This document shows, in pieces, positions 9,456-18,962 of a stretch of DNA of 64,000 bases (within the stretch, counting starts at the first letter, position 1; each line of letters starts with the position of its first letter). A program made the translations under genes and the position numbers. Origin of the DNA: a virus (taxonomy: Duplodnaviria; Caudoviricetes). The DNA lies in IMG/VR virus record IMGVR_UViG_3300014204_000184, positions 3,476-67,475 of that record, one strand, 5' to 3'. The notes under the pieces were generated by a model, which ran no database searches, was not told the DNA's origin, and saw nothing but the letters and a program-made list of their open reading frames with translations.

Positions 9456-10637
9456 CTATTTCTTTTCAGCCGGATACATGGAGAGGGTTTTACGGAACCG
9501 GGCCTTCACAAGCTGCTCCTCTTCAGGCGTAAACTTGGTCTTGGGCTTGCCGTTCTCGGTGACCGCCGACTTGTAGGCGTTGTAGCGTTCGGCCACCTGT
9601 TTCATCGGCGCCTCCAGGCCTGGCGCTTCGACCCCGGCATCCCACATATTGAAGTAGGTCTTGGCCATGTTCATGCCCTTTTCGCCGGGATTCTCGGGGT
9701 TGCTGTCGTACTCGGCATGGTTCTTGATCAGGGTATCGATGTGTTTCTGCGCGGCAATATCCGTTTGAGCTTCCCTGGCCAACTGGTGCTGGGTGGCCAT
9801 GAGATCGTTCTGGCGTTTGCGCTCTTCGAGGTTCGCCGAGCGCCAATCAAGATTTGCCTGTGCCGCGACGTCATGCCCGGCCCTCGTGGCTTCGGTTGTC
9901 ATGGCAGTCCCCGCGAGGTGTGTCTTGGCGGTTGCGATCTGTGCGAGCACGTTGGCGGCATGATCACTGAGCAGCCCTTCGGCCGTGCGCATGCCCCGGT
10001 TGTTCATAATCGTGTCTCGAAGATCATCAAGGTACGTGTTCATGGCTTCGACCTGGGTCGGCGCCGGCCGTCCTTTGGGGGTAAGGGTATAGCCGGGCCC
10101 CTCACTTTCACGATTCGTCTGGACGTCATAGGCGGCGGTATCGACGGGAGCGGCTGAATCGGCGACATGGCGATCGCGGCGGATAATAGCGTCGGCTGCC
10201 GGGCCGAGAGTGGGGATTGATCGGACACCTCCGACGAGATCCGGGGCGACCGGAGAAACCGGGGATCCAACGCCACCTTCAGCAACCAGCTTTTCAGCAT
10301 TATCCAGAGCGAGGCCCGGCGGTGGAGCCCCCGGTACCGGCGTCGGTCCACCCAACGGGTTGTTCTGATGCCGCGGATCAGCGACAAGCGGGGCGGCCTC
10401 CGGAGCCTTCGACATCCCCCATCCCGGGAATTGCGTCGGTCGCTGGCTCACCGTGGCGCCGTATGCGAGGGGTTCATCGATCAGGGTAGACTTTGCGGCC
10501 CGCCCGAGTCCCCCCGCGGCCTGAAGGAAGGGAGATTCTTCGGGCGGTGTCACCCTCATCGTCCCGCCCTTCCCCTGTGCCGCTGAAACGGCCTTGCCAA
10601 AGAAGCCACGAATTGAATCAAAAAGATCCTGTGCCAT
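9456..10637 (-). CDS. Probable internal virion/ejection protein (Pro/Ala-rich N-terminus, helical C-terminus)
   Basis: ORF track 395 aa. SD AGGAGG precedes ATG 10637. Lies immediately upstream of the giant injected protein. Confidence 0.6.
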   Translation of the reverse strand: MAQDLFDSIRGFFGKAVSAAQGKGGTMRVTPPEESPFLQAAGGLGRAAKSTLIDEPLAYGATVSQRPTQFPGWGMSKAPEAAPLVADPRHQNNPLGGPTPVPGAPPPGLALDNAEKLVAEGGVGSPVSPVAPDLVGGVRSIPTLGPAADAIIRRDRHVADSAAPVDTAAYDVQTNRESEGPGYTLTPKGRPAPTQVEAMNTYLDDLRDTIMNNRGMRTAEGLLSDHAANVLAQIATAKTHLAGTAMTTEATRAGHDVAAQANLDWRSANLEERKRQNDLMATQHQLAREAQTDIAAQKHIDTLIKNHAEYDSNPENPGEKGMNMAKTYFNMWDAGVEAPGLEAPMKQVAERYNAYKSAVTENGKPKTKFTPEEEQLVKARFRKTLSMYPAEKK

Positions 10638-10646
10638 ACCCACCTC

Positions 10647-12098
10647 CTATTGCAGCTTGATTGCGTTGAGGTTATTGCTCTCGCCGTAGCTGATGGAAGC
10701 CCCGGTCGTCGCCCCAGCCATCGCGCCCGCTGCCAGGTGCGCTGCCGTCTGAGCCACTCCCTTTGCCTGCTCGATCCGCAACGAAGCCATCGCCTGAAGG
10801 CTCCGGTTGGTCATTTCGATCGCGTTGATGGACAGCTCCGTCGCCTGGAGGCCCATCCGTACCGTAGCCTCGGCCTGCCGGCCCTGGAGATCCGCGCTAC
10901 TGATGTTTTGCTGCGACACCGACCGATAGAGGTCGACCTGTCCGCCGAACTCGGCGATCGCCACATCGGCCCTCTTCGCCCAGGCATCGAGACGGAGCTT
11001 GTTGGCCTCTATCTTCTGTCGCTCGGCGGCCAGTAACGCCGTCATGACGTCGGCTTCGGCCTTATAGGTGTCGACCTGGATCGTATGCGCCTTCAGTTGC
11101 TCCGCATAGATATCCACGGTCTGCCGGTTGACGTCCCCAATCAACTTCTGGCCTTCCAGTTGCGCCCGGAAGACTTCTATCTTGGCCAATGACGCCCGCA
11201 CCATCGTCTCATGCACCTGGGCCTTGATGCGAAACGCTTCGAGCAGTGCGGCGTAGGTCCGGATCTGAATATCGATGTACTCGTTGGCAAACTTCGCCGT
11301 ATCCTCCTGCGATCGCAGAATCAACTCTTCGTAACGGATGAGGAGGTCGACCAGGTGGGCAACGAGATTGACGGCGAGCTCGATCGACTTGAACAGGTTG
11401 GCCTGCTCCAGCTTGGCCTGCTCGATGCCGATCTCCCGGGAACGGTCCAGGAGTTTGTTCATGTGCTCTTTCTGGACCTCGGAAAGTGCATGTGCCAGCA
11501 TGCCATCGGGGAGACTCCAGCCCCTCTTCGCCCAAATGGCCGCCACCTTGTCGACGGTATCGGAGAGGATCTGGTCCTCCCGTTCCTTGTCTCGCTCGAA
11601 AATCAAGGATTCGACCGTGGGATCGAGCCCGGTGCCGCCGTAGGTGATGTTGTTTTTGAGCCTGGTCATCGCGGCTTGAACCATGGGATCGTCGGTGATC
11701 AGAATGTTGGCCACACTGAAGGACCAGTTGGCCGGCATGGTCACCTCGTAGCTCGGCGGCTGAAGATCCAGTTCGGGAAAAGTGATGGTGGGCGCATCCG
11801 GAATGACGATGGTCAGCAACTCCCCCAGGACGACGGGATCGTAAGTAGGTTTCGTCGGCGCCTCCACGGTGCCGGCATCAACGATCTCCGGCGCCTCCCC
11901 GAGCGCCGCCATGACCGGTTGCGTGGCCACATCCGGTGTACTGGCGACCGGAGGGGTGTACGGGATCGGACCGATGATCATGGAGGGAACGTCCACATCG
12001 GCCAACGCCTGCAGCGCACTTTGGGCGGCATCCCTGGCCTCACTGGCCCAGGAGTTTGCCGCTGTGATCTGACCTTCTACAACCGTCTGAATGCTCAT
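10647..12098 (-). CDS. Virion structural/ejection-type coiled-coil protein (483 aa)
   Basis: Long ORF with SD. Ala/Gln-rich helical C-terminal half. Position in the late module. Confidence 0.65.
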   Translation of the reverse strand: MSIQTVVEGQITAANSWASEARDAAQSALQALADVDVPSMIIGPIPYTPPVASTPDVATQPVMAALGEAPEIVDAGTVEAPTKPTYDPVVLGELLTIVIPDAPTITFPELDLQPPSYEVTMPANWSFSVANILITDDPMVQAAMTRLKNNITYGGTGLDPTVESLIFERDKEREDQILSDTVDKVAAIWAKRGWSLPDGMLAHALSEVQKEHMNKLLDRSREIGIEQAKLEQANLFKSIELAVNLVAHLVDLLIRYEELILRSQEDTAKFANEYIDIQIRTYAALLEAFRIKAQVHETMVRASLAKIEVFRAQLEGQKLIGDVNRQTVDIYAEQLKAHTIQVDTYKAEADVMTALLAAERQKIEANKLRLDAWAKRADVAIAEFGGQVDLYRSVSQQNISSADLQGRQAEATVRMGLQATELSINAIEMTNRSLQAMASLRIEQAKGVAQTAAHLAAGAMAGATTGASISYGESNNLNAIKLQ

Positions 12099-12856
12099 AC
12101 CGCCTCCTTATAGCCGACCGCCATCACTTTGTCCGGCAAGTCGAAATCGGCTCCGTAAACGAACTCCTTGCTGTCGGAGACCCCGTGGTAATTGATCGCC
12201 CCGACGACCCGGGCCGCTTTCTCCCAATACGCGTTGTAGTCTTCCACGTTGACCGGAGAGTCGATGGCCATGTAGAAACCATTCTTATAAACTTCCCGGT
12301 CGTAGCTCCAGGTGCATGCTTCCTTCCCGCAGTTCACCGATACCCCGTACAACCGGTCCCCGGTGATGATAAAGGTCGGGGCCTGTTCGGTGACCGTGCC
12401 AGCATCCTGCTTCATCGCCGATTCATTGCCGGCGATGTCGAACGATGCCCCCACATCAATCCGAACCGTTCCCAGGACGACAACGTACTTGGTCGAACCG
12501 ACGATCAAGCAGAGCTTGTATTCGATCGTGCGGGTTCCACTGCACGCGTACTTGTCGGTCGCCGGCGTAAGGTCAAGCTCCCAAAGAGGACGAGTGTCCA
12601 GGTAAATGTTCTTGATATTCGTCTCGTCGGGGTTGTCGAAGCTGAGGTCATAGGCTCGATTTTGAGCATGCGTGAGGGCGACCCTTTTGTAGATCAGGGC
12701 GACGACGTCAACGTATCGATCGACGCCGTTCTCGTTGATGAGTGCCCGGCTGCGGCTGTCGGAGTCCAAAACCTCGAAGACGACCATGTTTCTGGTCGCC
12801 ACGCTGTCTTTGTCTTTTACGATCGTCCTTTCGGCCGAACCCGTCCACGTACTCAT
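12095..12856 (-). CDS. Hypothetical virion-module protein (253 aa)
   Basis: ORF coupled to both neighbours by 4-nt overlaps. Confidence 0.7.
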   Translation of the reverse strand: MSTWTGSAERTIVKDKDSVATRNMVVFEVLDSDSRSRALINENGVDRYVDVVALIYKRVALTHAQNRAYDLSFDNPDETNIKNIYLDTRPLWELDLTPATDKYACSGTRTIEYKLCLIVGSTKYVVVLGTVRIDVGASFDIAGNESAMKQDAGTVTEQAPTFIITGDRLYGVSVNCGKEACTWSYDREVYKNGFYMAIDSPVNVEDYNAYWEKAARVVGAINYHGVSDSKEFVYGADFDLPDKVMAVGYKEAV

Positions 12857-13260
12857 TTCCGTGCGATCCTCAAATCAATCTGCCGGTCCCGGAGGTAGCT
12901 GAAAACAAGGTGTATCCAGTTAGCTCCACGGTGAACGGCCAGAAAAAAAGTAAAATATAAGAATCCTTGAATTGTTAAAAAGTACAAAATGGCCAGCAGG
13001 AGCCCTACCCACACACTCGTGCAGTACCGACAATCGAGCAGATGGGTTTGTTGGCTCCCGCTGTACAGGAAAGGCGTTGCACGGACCAGGAATCCCCGAA
13101 GCGGCTGGAGGGGCGCCGCGTGAAACCAGAGCTGGGTCAGTGCCTCGCAGGCGATCATTCCAAGTAGGATGTGTACCCACATGATGAGCATGTCTTTTTT
13201 CTCCGCTTTTCCGAACAGCAGGGCTTCATGATCTTCAATTTCCTCCCGCAGGAGGGACAC
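12853..13260 (-). CDS. Small membrane protein, DUF1360-like (CxxC between hydrophobic helices); true start probably 13191 or 13158
   Basis: LLDCRYCTSVWVG motif flanked by predicted TM segments. Confidence 0.6.
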   Translation of the reverse strand: MSLLREEIEDHEALLFGKAEKKDMLIMWVHILLGMIACEALTQLWFHAAPLQPLRGFLVRATPFLYSGSQQTHLLDCRYCTSVWVGLLLAILYFLTIQGFLYFTFFLAVHRGANWIHLVFSYLRDRQIDLRIARK

Positions 13261-13352
13261 AATTCATCCAGATAGGCCAAAACGGTGCCCGGGATATCAT
13301 CCGCCTTGCTCGATCGCTTCAGCCCCGCCAGATACGCCTTGAGATCCAACAT
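13155..13352 (-). CDS. Small Zn-ribbon protein (65 aa)
   Basis: CPSC...CC...CSSC. Confidence 0.55.
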   Translation of the reverse strand: MLDLKAYLAGLKRSSKADDIPGTVLAYLDELCPSCGRKLKIMKPCCSEKRRKKTCSSCGYTSYLE

Positions 13353-13713
13353 CGTTCTTTTTCCTCAGATTGTCCATCCACCACTGAAGACCGTGTTCGT
13401 CGTTGAGTACCGTATCACATTTCGTACAAACGAGCTGGGTCTTTATCCCTTCCGGGTTTTCCGGAACCACCCGGATGCGCATATCGGACCCGCAGTCCGG
13501 ACACTGAGGTCTTTCATACCGGTCCATGATGGTCGGTGGGTGATCGACCTGAGAGGAAAGGAAGACTCGGCGCTCCCGTTCCGCAAAAAGTCCTTGGTAG
13601 GCCTCAAAAGCTTTCGAGATGTTCTTCGTCAGTCCGGTTTCCACGAAAATCTTCCGTGCCCGGTGCAGGGCCATGGCGCGATCTTCGAATTCTTCCTGGG
13701 TCATCTCTCTCAT
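13297..13713 (-). CDS. Zn-ribbon protein (138 aa)
   Basis: CPDC...CTKC. SD present and coupled to the upstream gene. Confidence 0.7.
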   Translation of the reverse strand: MREMTQEEFEDRAMALHRARKIFVETGLTKNISKAFEAYQGLFAERERRVFLSSQVDHPPTIMDRYERPQCPDCGSDMRIRVVPENPEGIKTQLVCTKCDTVLNDEHGLQWWMDNLRKKNDVGSQGVSGGAEAIEQGG

Positions 13714-15758
13714 ATCAACTCTCCCGGACAGCAGCCAGCCTCCAGTAATTCTCCTGATCGAACATCCTGGATCGAAGGACTAGAGGCACATGTATCGTAG
13801 GGTTCCGTTCCCGGTGCACACGGGTAACCACCCGATGCCGTGTTCACATAGCCGTTATACTGGCCGCGGCAGTCATATGTCAAATAGGTACAGCAGTGAT
13901 AGGATCCTGCCGGGCAGGTGGCAGTCGGAGCGTCTTCGCAGCCCTGTTTGATCCAGTAGGCGGTGCTGTTGTCGGTTACCCCGTTGATGGCCAGAGCCAG
14001 GGTCAGGATGACAACGCCGTCACACTCGATCCCAATGATCGGATTACTGGCACAATTGGCGTTCGTGGCCGGAGCCGTATAGACGCCTTGCTGATTGATC
14101 TGTCCCCCTCCCGAGACAACTACCCATTCGCATTGCTCGCAGTTGATCACATCGCCGTTTTCGTCCAGACAGGTAAACTGCTGCTCCTCGAGCACATCCA
14201 TCTCGGTCGTCGTGTACCCAATGGCGGTAGGATTATCGCAGGCATGATATCGGGATGCGGTCCCATTATGGACGGTTTCTCTGGTGTCGGTGCCCGTATA
14301 GGATAACGTGATCGATCCGCGGTCGATCTCAACATCCCCGACTTTCAGCACCTGGCTGCCCGTGATCTCCACGGTGTATCCGTCGGAGTAGCTTTCGCTG
14401 GCGTCTGTCACATCGGTCATCCTGCCGCAAGGCCAGAAAAGGTCATCGACAAATTCCGGCATGTAATAGACGCCTGGGAAGTTGCTCGTCCGAACCAGCT
14501 CCCCATCAAGGCGGGACGCGTGTTCCACGACACCGGTCAACGTCGTGAGCACAAAGAGGTCTTTCAGCCCTCCCACTGTCCCCAGGGTGGCCGACTTCGT
14601 TATCGTGTACGTGATAGTCTGGTCGGTCCTCTCGTTCCAGTCGGATCGACCCGTGACCACGCTGTTAGCGGGATCAAGATTGGAAGTGGTGTCGGTGGTA
14701 TACGTGGCATCCGGATAGGAGAGGGAAAGAGAATCGGCGCGGAGGCTCTGCCGGCCACCCGGGTCGTACCGAAGCTCATGGACATAAGCAGGATCGAAGT
14801 TCTGCAGACTCGCCGTCGCCGGCGATCCCAATTGAGCCGGAGAAAGAAAATGAAGGTTGAAATTGGGAATCTCCCTCAGGTAGGGGATGAAGGGCCAGAA
14901 AAGCTGGAGGTTGAACTTCAGCAAATCAGGAACCGCCACTGTTGTGGAGGGACGGACCACTTCCCTGTAGGTCAGGAATGTTCCATCCTCCCCCAGCGTG
15001 AAGGGTTTCTTTCCGAAGGGAAACCCGATCATCCCGGTCAGTTCTTCGGCGATCTCCCCGTCACGGTTCAAAATCGGGATGTAGAGCCGGCGAACATGGT
15101 CGATGTAGCGATCGGTGTGGCTAAACCCCGCGAACGCCGTGTACGGCGAAAAGCTGAAGGCCACATGGACTTCAGATATCACCCGTTTTATGGTCTCGTA
15201 GTAGGAAAGCAAGTGCTGGCCAATCCCCATGTCGAGGATCTGCGTGTAGGAGTTGTTGTGCCAGTCATCCCGGGCGGATACTGGATGGAAGAAGGGGTCC
15301 TGTCCCACCACGACGATGAAGTCGTCCTTGTGATTGAGGGTGTAGATAAACGGACACACCTCCATCTGGCGATCGTAATCGGGATCGATGAAGGTCCCGT
15401 CGAAGAAGGTCGCGGAAAGGGTTATTTTGTCGGCGCGGTCCCCAACGATCACGGATTCCGGGCGCAGGGTAAAAGGGATCCCCCAGGTCTCACCTTCTGC
15501 CGAGGAGAGGATGATCTGGAGCTCGCCACCACCGAGGAGGTGGGTGGTCACAATCTCGTAGCCCCAATCCGGCCCCGCCATGGCGCCGATCCGCATGACA
15601 TGGACAGTGCCGTGGGGGTAGGTACGAAAGAGGGATTGAATGGATCCGGGACTGGTGCCGGCGGTGTTCCTGCACTGTGCGGACAGGGAATTGATCTCCC
15701 GCATGAACGCTTCACGGTGATCACCCTTGTAGACCCTCAGTGCACGCGGAGCATCCAC
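13710..15758 (-). CDS. Tail/virion protein (682 aa) with Ig-like segment and Cys-rich C-terminus
   Basis: Long ORF. WVVVSGGGQINQQGVYTAP is Ig-like. Many Cys in the last ~170 aa. Confidence 0.7.
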   Translation of the reverse strand: MDAPRALRVYKGDHREAFMREINSLSAQCRNTAGTSPGSIQSLFRTYPHGTVHVMRIGAMAGPDWGYEIVTTHLLGGGELQIILSSAEGETWGIPFTLRPESVIVGDRADKITLSATFFDGTFIDPDYDRQMEVCPFIYTLNHKDDFIVVVGQDPFFHPVSARDDWHNNSYTQILDMGIGQHLLSYYETIKRVISEVHVAFSFSPYTAFAGFSHTDRYIDHVRRLYIPILNRDGEIAEELTGMIGFPFGKKPFTLGEDGTFLTYREVVRPSTTVAVPDLLKFNLQLFWPFIPYLREIPNFNLHFLSPAQLGSPATASLQNFDPAYVHELRYDPGGRQSLRADSLSLSYPDATYTTDTTSNLDPANSVVTGRSDWNERTDQTITYTITKSATLGTVGGLKDLFVLTTLTGVVEHASRLDGELVRTSNFPGVYYMPEFVDDLFWPCGRMTDVTDASESYSDGYTVEITGSQVLKVGDVEIDRGSITLSYTGTDTRETVHNGTASRYHACDNPTAIGYTTTEMDVLEEQQFTCLDENGDVINCEQCEWVVVSGGGQINQQGVYTAPATNANCASNPIIGIECDGVVILTLALAINGVTDNSTAYWIKQGCEDAPTATCPAGSYHCCTYLTYDCRGQYNGYVNTASGGYPCAPGTEPYDTCASSPSIQDVRSGELLEAGCCPGELI

Positions 15759-15760
15759 GG

Positions 15761-16789
15761 TTACCTCTTCAGTTCAAACTGATCCAGAAGCAAACGAATG
15801 GCGTCGAGTTCCAGGGTACTTCCCCCTTCGCTGGCGAAATCGAGTGCGAGGTATTTGCTCCTGATGCCCTTGCCGAATTTAACCCGGACTCCCGTCTCCG
15901 TGGTCTCGAAAGCCTCTGCCGCGTAGACGTACTCGGTTCCATCCGGCTGAACCACTGTGACGACCAGTTGGCCGTCGGTCTTCATCCCGATCCAAGCCTG
16001 GCGCAGCTTTTTCTTCGTCTGCCGTTCCAGATCCAGGAACCCGGTCCGGAACGACCAGTCCACCTGGACCCCATCGTCATACTTGCCGCCATCAAGGTCA
16101 TAGATCCGGCCCCCATCGGTCGCCAGGTGTTGGGTGCCGAATCGGCACATTGAGTTGAACGGGTACTCCTCGAACTCTGTAAGGGCCTGGTTACGCAGGT
16201 TCATGACCATATTGACGTAGGTACCGGCGACCACCAGGTCTATGGCCAGAACGGGAAGGGTGAAGTCCAAGACACCTTGCTCGGAGATCATCCCGCTGAA
16301 ATCGAAGCGAAGCGCCGGCAGGGTGATGTCGAACTCCGCGACTGGCTCTTCGACGGCCGTCAGAAGAAACTGGATCTTCGGCAGGGCCAGATCCAGATCT
16401 CCGACCTCTGCCACAACGGTATCGAACTCCGCGACGATCTCAGGTAGCACGATGTCGAGTTCCCCGAGTTCGTCTACGACCCCCTCCAGAATCACCTCCA
16501 GGGGAGAGAACGCCGGGTCTAATTCACCCAGCTCCGAAAATACTCCCTCGAGATCCAGGGTCACCGTCGGAAGGCTGAAATCGAGGCCCTCTATCTCGTA
16601 GACGACTCCGACTGTGGCTGCCATGGCCGGAACGATTTGGACCGTCCCGGAAAGAATATGCCCGTTCCACATCGTCGCCGTGAACGACGGCAAAATGGAA
16701 ACCGCGGCATTGATCACCGCGGTAGTCTGAAGAGTACCGGTGATCGATGGAACGATGGAAAAGGTGGAAGCGATGTCCCCGTCTGCCAT
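15761..16789 (-). CDS. Tail/virion structural protein (342 aa) with acidic internal repeats (ELGELDxxLPxxxxE)
   Basis: ORF with SD. Degenerate ~19-aa beta repeats. C-terminal beta domain typical of podovirus tail stabilisation proteins (inferred). Confidence 0.65.
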   Translation of the reverse strand: MADGDIASTFSIVPSITGTLQTTAVINAAVSILPSFTATMWNGHILSGTVQIVPAMAATVGVVYEIEGLDFSLPTVTLDLEGVFSELGELDPAFSPLEVILEGVVDELGELDIVLPEIVAEFDTVVAEVGDLDLALPKIQFLLTAVEEPVAEFDITLPALRFDFSGMISEQGVLDFTLPVLAIDLVVAGTYVNMVMNLRNQALTEFEEYPFNSMCRFGTQHLATDGGRIYDLDGGKYDDGVQVDWSFRTGFLDLERQTKKKLRQAWIGMKTDGQLVVTVVQPDGTEYVYAAEAFETTETGVRVKFGKGIRSKYLALDFASEGGSTLELDAIRLLLDQFELKR

Positions 16790-16801
16790 ATGCCCGCCTC
16801 C

Positions 16802-17248
16802 TTACGGAAGGGAAAGTTGGTTCGTCAGCAGGGTCACCAAACCACCCGACTGGATGGCTGCGACATTGATCTGGAAGATACAGGTCGCCGCCGTTCCACA
16901 GTCTCCATCGATGCGGAAGGTTCCCGCGGATCCGTCGTACCTGGTGGCTACCGTTTCCATCCGCCCCCATCCTGCCGTGCCAGTGGCGACGGCTGTGCCC
17001 GCGTATCCGGCCGTTGTCGCCAGTCCTGCGGTTCCGGACGTCGTGGCGCCCGTGTTGACACCCCAGGCGATCCCGGAGATTGTACAAAGAAGGGTGCCGG
17101 CAGTGCCAGCATCCCCGGTTGCCGGCTGGGTTCCGTTATAGATGTTGAGACTGGCCGTGCCCGAAGTTCCGCAGGTACCGGCCATCGCCTCAGCAATCCC
17201 CTTGCTGATGATGTAATTCTTCAAATCCGTGCTGAGTCTCAGCGCCAT
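16802..17248 (-). CDS. Virion protein (148 aa), paralogue of 17259-17711, rich in GTAG/GTSG motifs
   Basis: MALRLSTDLKN... versus MAVRLSTGLRN.... Shared IxxGxQP, AGWxR and DGxxG segments. Confidence 0.75.
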   Translation of the reverse strand: MALRLSTDLKNYIISKGIAEAMAGTCGTSGTASLNIYNGTQPATGDAGTAGTLLCTISGIAWGVNTGATTSGTAGLATTAGYAGTAVATGTAGWGRMETVATRYDGSAGTFRIDGDCGTAATCIFQINVAAIQSGGLVTLLTNQLSLP

Positions 17249-17258
17249 GTCATCCTCC

Positions 17259-17711
17259 TTACTCGGCCGGCTCGGTGACCTTGCTGGTCGACTTGATCGT
17301 AAGCGCGGTATCCTTGGTCAAGGTGGTGTGGGTCAGTTTAAGATCGCCGCCCCCAACCCCCACCGAGCCGTCCAGGCGCTTCTCTGTTACGGAAGATCCG
17401 GCGGTTCCCGCGGTGCCGTAAAGGCGGAACCATCCGGCCACACCGTCGGCCAGAACAAGCCCCTGCCATGCCGGTGTCCCGATCGGAAGTACTCCGGCCA
17501 CCACTCCCGCCGTTCCGAACTTCAGCCCGTCTCCGGCTGCCGTTCCGGACGTCGAGGAGATCCGGACCAACTTGGTCCCCGTTTCCACCGCGTCCGCACT
17601 GACTGGCTGAGACCCGGTGAAGATGTCAAGGAAACCACCCTCCATCAGGTTCTTAAAGGAACCCCCGTCCAGCCGTGCGTTACGCAGCCCCGTAGAGAGT
17701 CTTACTGCCAT
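17259..17711 (-). CDS. Virion protein (150 aa), paralogue of 16802-17248
   Basis: Same shared motifs. Contains GTAGTAG. Confidence 0.75.
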   Translation of the reverse strand: MAVRLSTGLRNARLDGGSFKNLMEGGFLDIFTGSQPVSADAVETGTKLVRISSTSGTAAGDGLKFGTAGVVAGVLPIGTPAWQGLVLADGVAGWFRLYGTAGTAGSSVTEKRLDGSVGVGGGDLKLTHTTLTKDTALTIKSTSKVTEPAE

Positions 17712-17720
17712 GGTGTCCTC

Positions 17721-18635
17721 CTAATACAGTGAATTTAGGTAGTGTCTTACGTTTCCTTTGTCCCGGACAAACCCGGTCCCTTCCGCGTATTCCTGGCTCA
17801 GGGCGTATCTGGATTCGGTCATGTTGACGACGAGCCCGGAATTATCTCCGAGGCAGATCCCGTTCTTCCCCGTCCAGATGGCCACATTGCCGCCGTGTTT
17901 CCCTTCTCCAAAATTTTGCCCGTTCGTCCGGAGATCCGTGTGGATGATGGCGGGATGTCCGTAGGCCTCGATCCGGGCGAGTTCGTCGTTGCCTTCTCCT
18001 TTTACCCACCAGATAACTGAATCACCAACGTACAACCCTGTATCAACGGCCCGGAGCAACGTGATGGGATCGGCAAACTGTTTATAACCGGTCCGCACAT
18101 CGTAGAAGTCGCTGAGCGGGTCGCTGATGTACAGGGTTTTTCCGCGTGCCACATATTTGCAGCCGCGGAAGTACTCGATCAATTGCCCCGGAGGAAGGGG
18201 CTGCTTAAACTGTGTGCCTGGATCCGCCAGCGCCGAAGAGGTATTGCCATCAACGTATCCGATCTCCACCCCGTTGGTCCAGTAGACAACATTGTTGCAG
18301 GAGGCATAAGACATGCGCTCCCCGGCCGCCACCGATCCCAGCGGTAGGGACTGGAACGGCGAGACGCTTAGCAACCTTCTGAACGTGGTCAGATCCACGA
18401 AAAAACAATTCCGACCGTCCGACCACAGGGAGTGGATGTCGGTGCCAACATAGAGTTCGTCACGGCCAGGGCGCGAGGAGATCCGGAAGGCGTCATCGAT
18501 GTAGACGTTGACCGCTTGCTGCAGGGGCCAAACCGGACAACCATTGGGTAGTCGTTCGGAGATCAGGCGGGTGTTCGGCGTTACATTGTCGATACCCGAA
18601 AACCTTTCCATCGTCATCGTCTTGGTGGCTTCCAT
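17721..18635 (-). CDS. Tail tubular/nozzle-like beta-rich virion protein (~304 aa)
   Basis: SD GGTGA before ATG 18635. FSGIDN...AVNVYID...RPG...IHSLW pattern, beta-propeller-like composition. Confidence 0.65.
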   Translation of the reverse strand: MEATKTMTMERFSGIDNVTPNTRLISERLPNGCPVWPLQQAVNVYIDDAFRISSRPGRDELYVGTDIHSLWSDGRNCFFVDLTTFRRLLSVSPFQSLPLGSVAAGERMSYASCNNVVYWTNGVEIGYVDGNTSSALADPGTQFKQPLPPGQLIEYFRGCKYVARGKTLYISDPLSDFYDVRTGYKQFADPITLLRAVDTGLYVGDSVIWWVKGEGNDELARIEAYGHPAIIHTDLRTNGQNFGEGKHGGNVAIWTGKNGICLGDNSGLVVNMTESRYALSQEYAEGTGFVRDKGNVRHYLNSLY

Positions 18636-18639
18636 AAAA

Positions 18640-18756
18640 TCACCTACACCCGTGACATCCGGCACATTGCCGACACTTTCGAAGTGCACTGATGACCCGG
18701 AACACAAATCCCAGGCCCCGGACCCGCTTGAACGTTGGCTTCACGTAGGTCTTCAT
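18640..18756 (-). CDS. 38-aa RiPP-precursor-like peptide MKTYVKPTFKRVRGLGFVFRVISALRKCRQCAGCHGCR
   Basis: SD GGGGAG before the ATG. Exactly fills the gap between flanking genes. Leader-like YxKP and C-terminal CxxCxxCxGC. Confidence 0.6.
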   Translation of the reverse strand: MKTYVKPTFKRVRGLGFVFRVISALRKCRQCAGCHGCR

Positions 18757-18757
18757 G

Positions 18758-18937
18758 CTAACTCCCCTTCTTCTTCCCCGCGCCATATCCGTGGGTGGGT
18801 TTCCATCCATGGTCGATGGCCAGGAGAAGCCGCTTCTGAGCCTCGGCGTTCTCCTTGGTCGAATTCTTCGCGTGCATCCCATGGGGGCCCCAAACCTCGT
18901 ATTTTCCGTTCGGCTTCTTCACCATTTTCTCGGGCAT
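18758..18937 (-). CDS. Small basic protein (59 aa, MPEKMVKKPNGKYEV...)
   Basis: Strong SD GGAGGAGG before ATG 18937. Confidence 0.7.
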   Translation of the reverse strand: MPEKMVKKPNGKYEVWGPHGMHAKNSTKENAEAQKRLLLAIDHGWKPTHGYGAGKKKGS

Positions 18938-18962
18938 GACCAACCTCCTCCGGGGCCTGATT

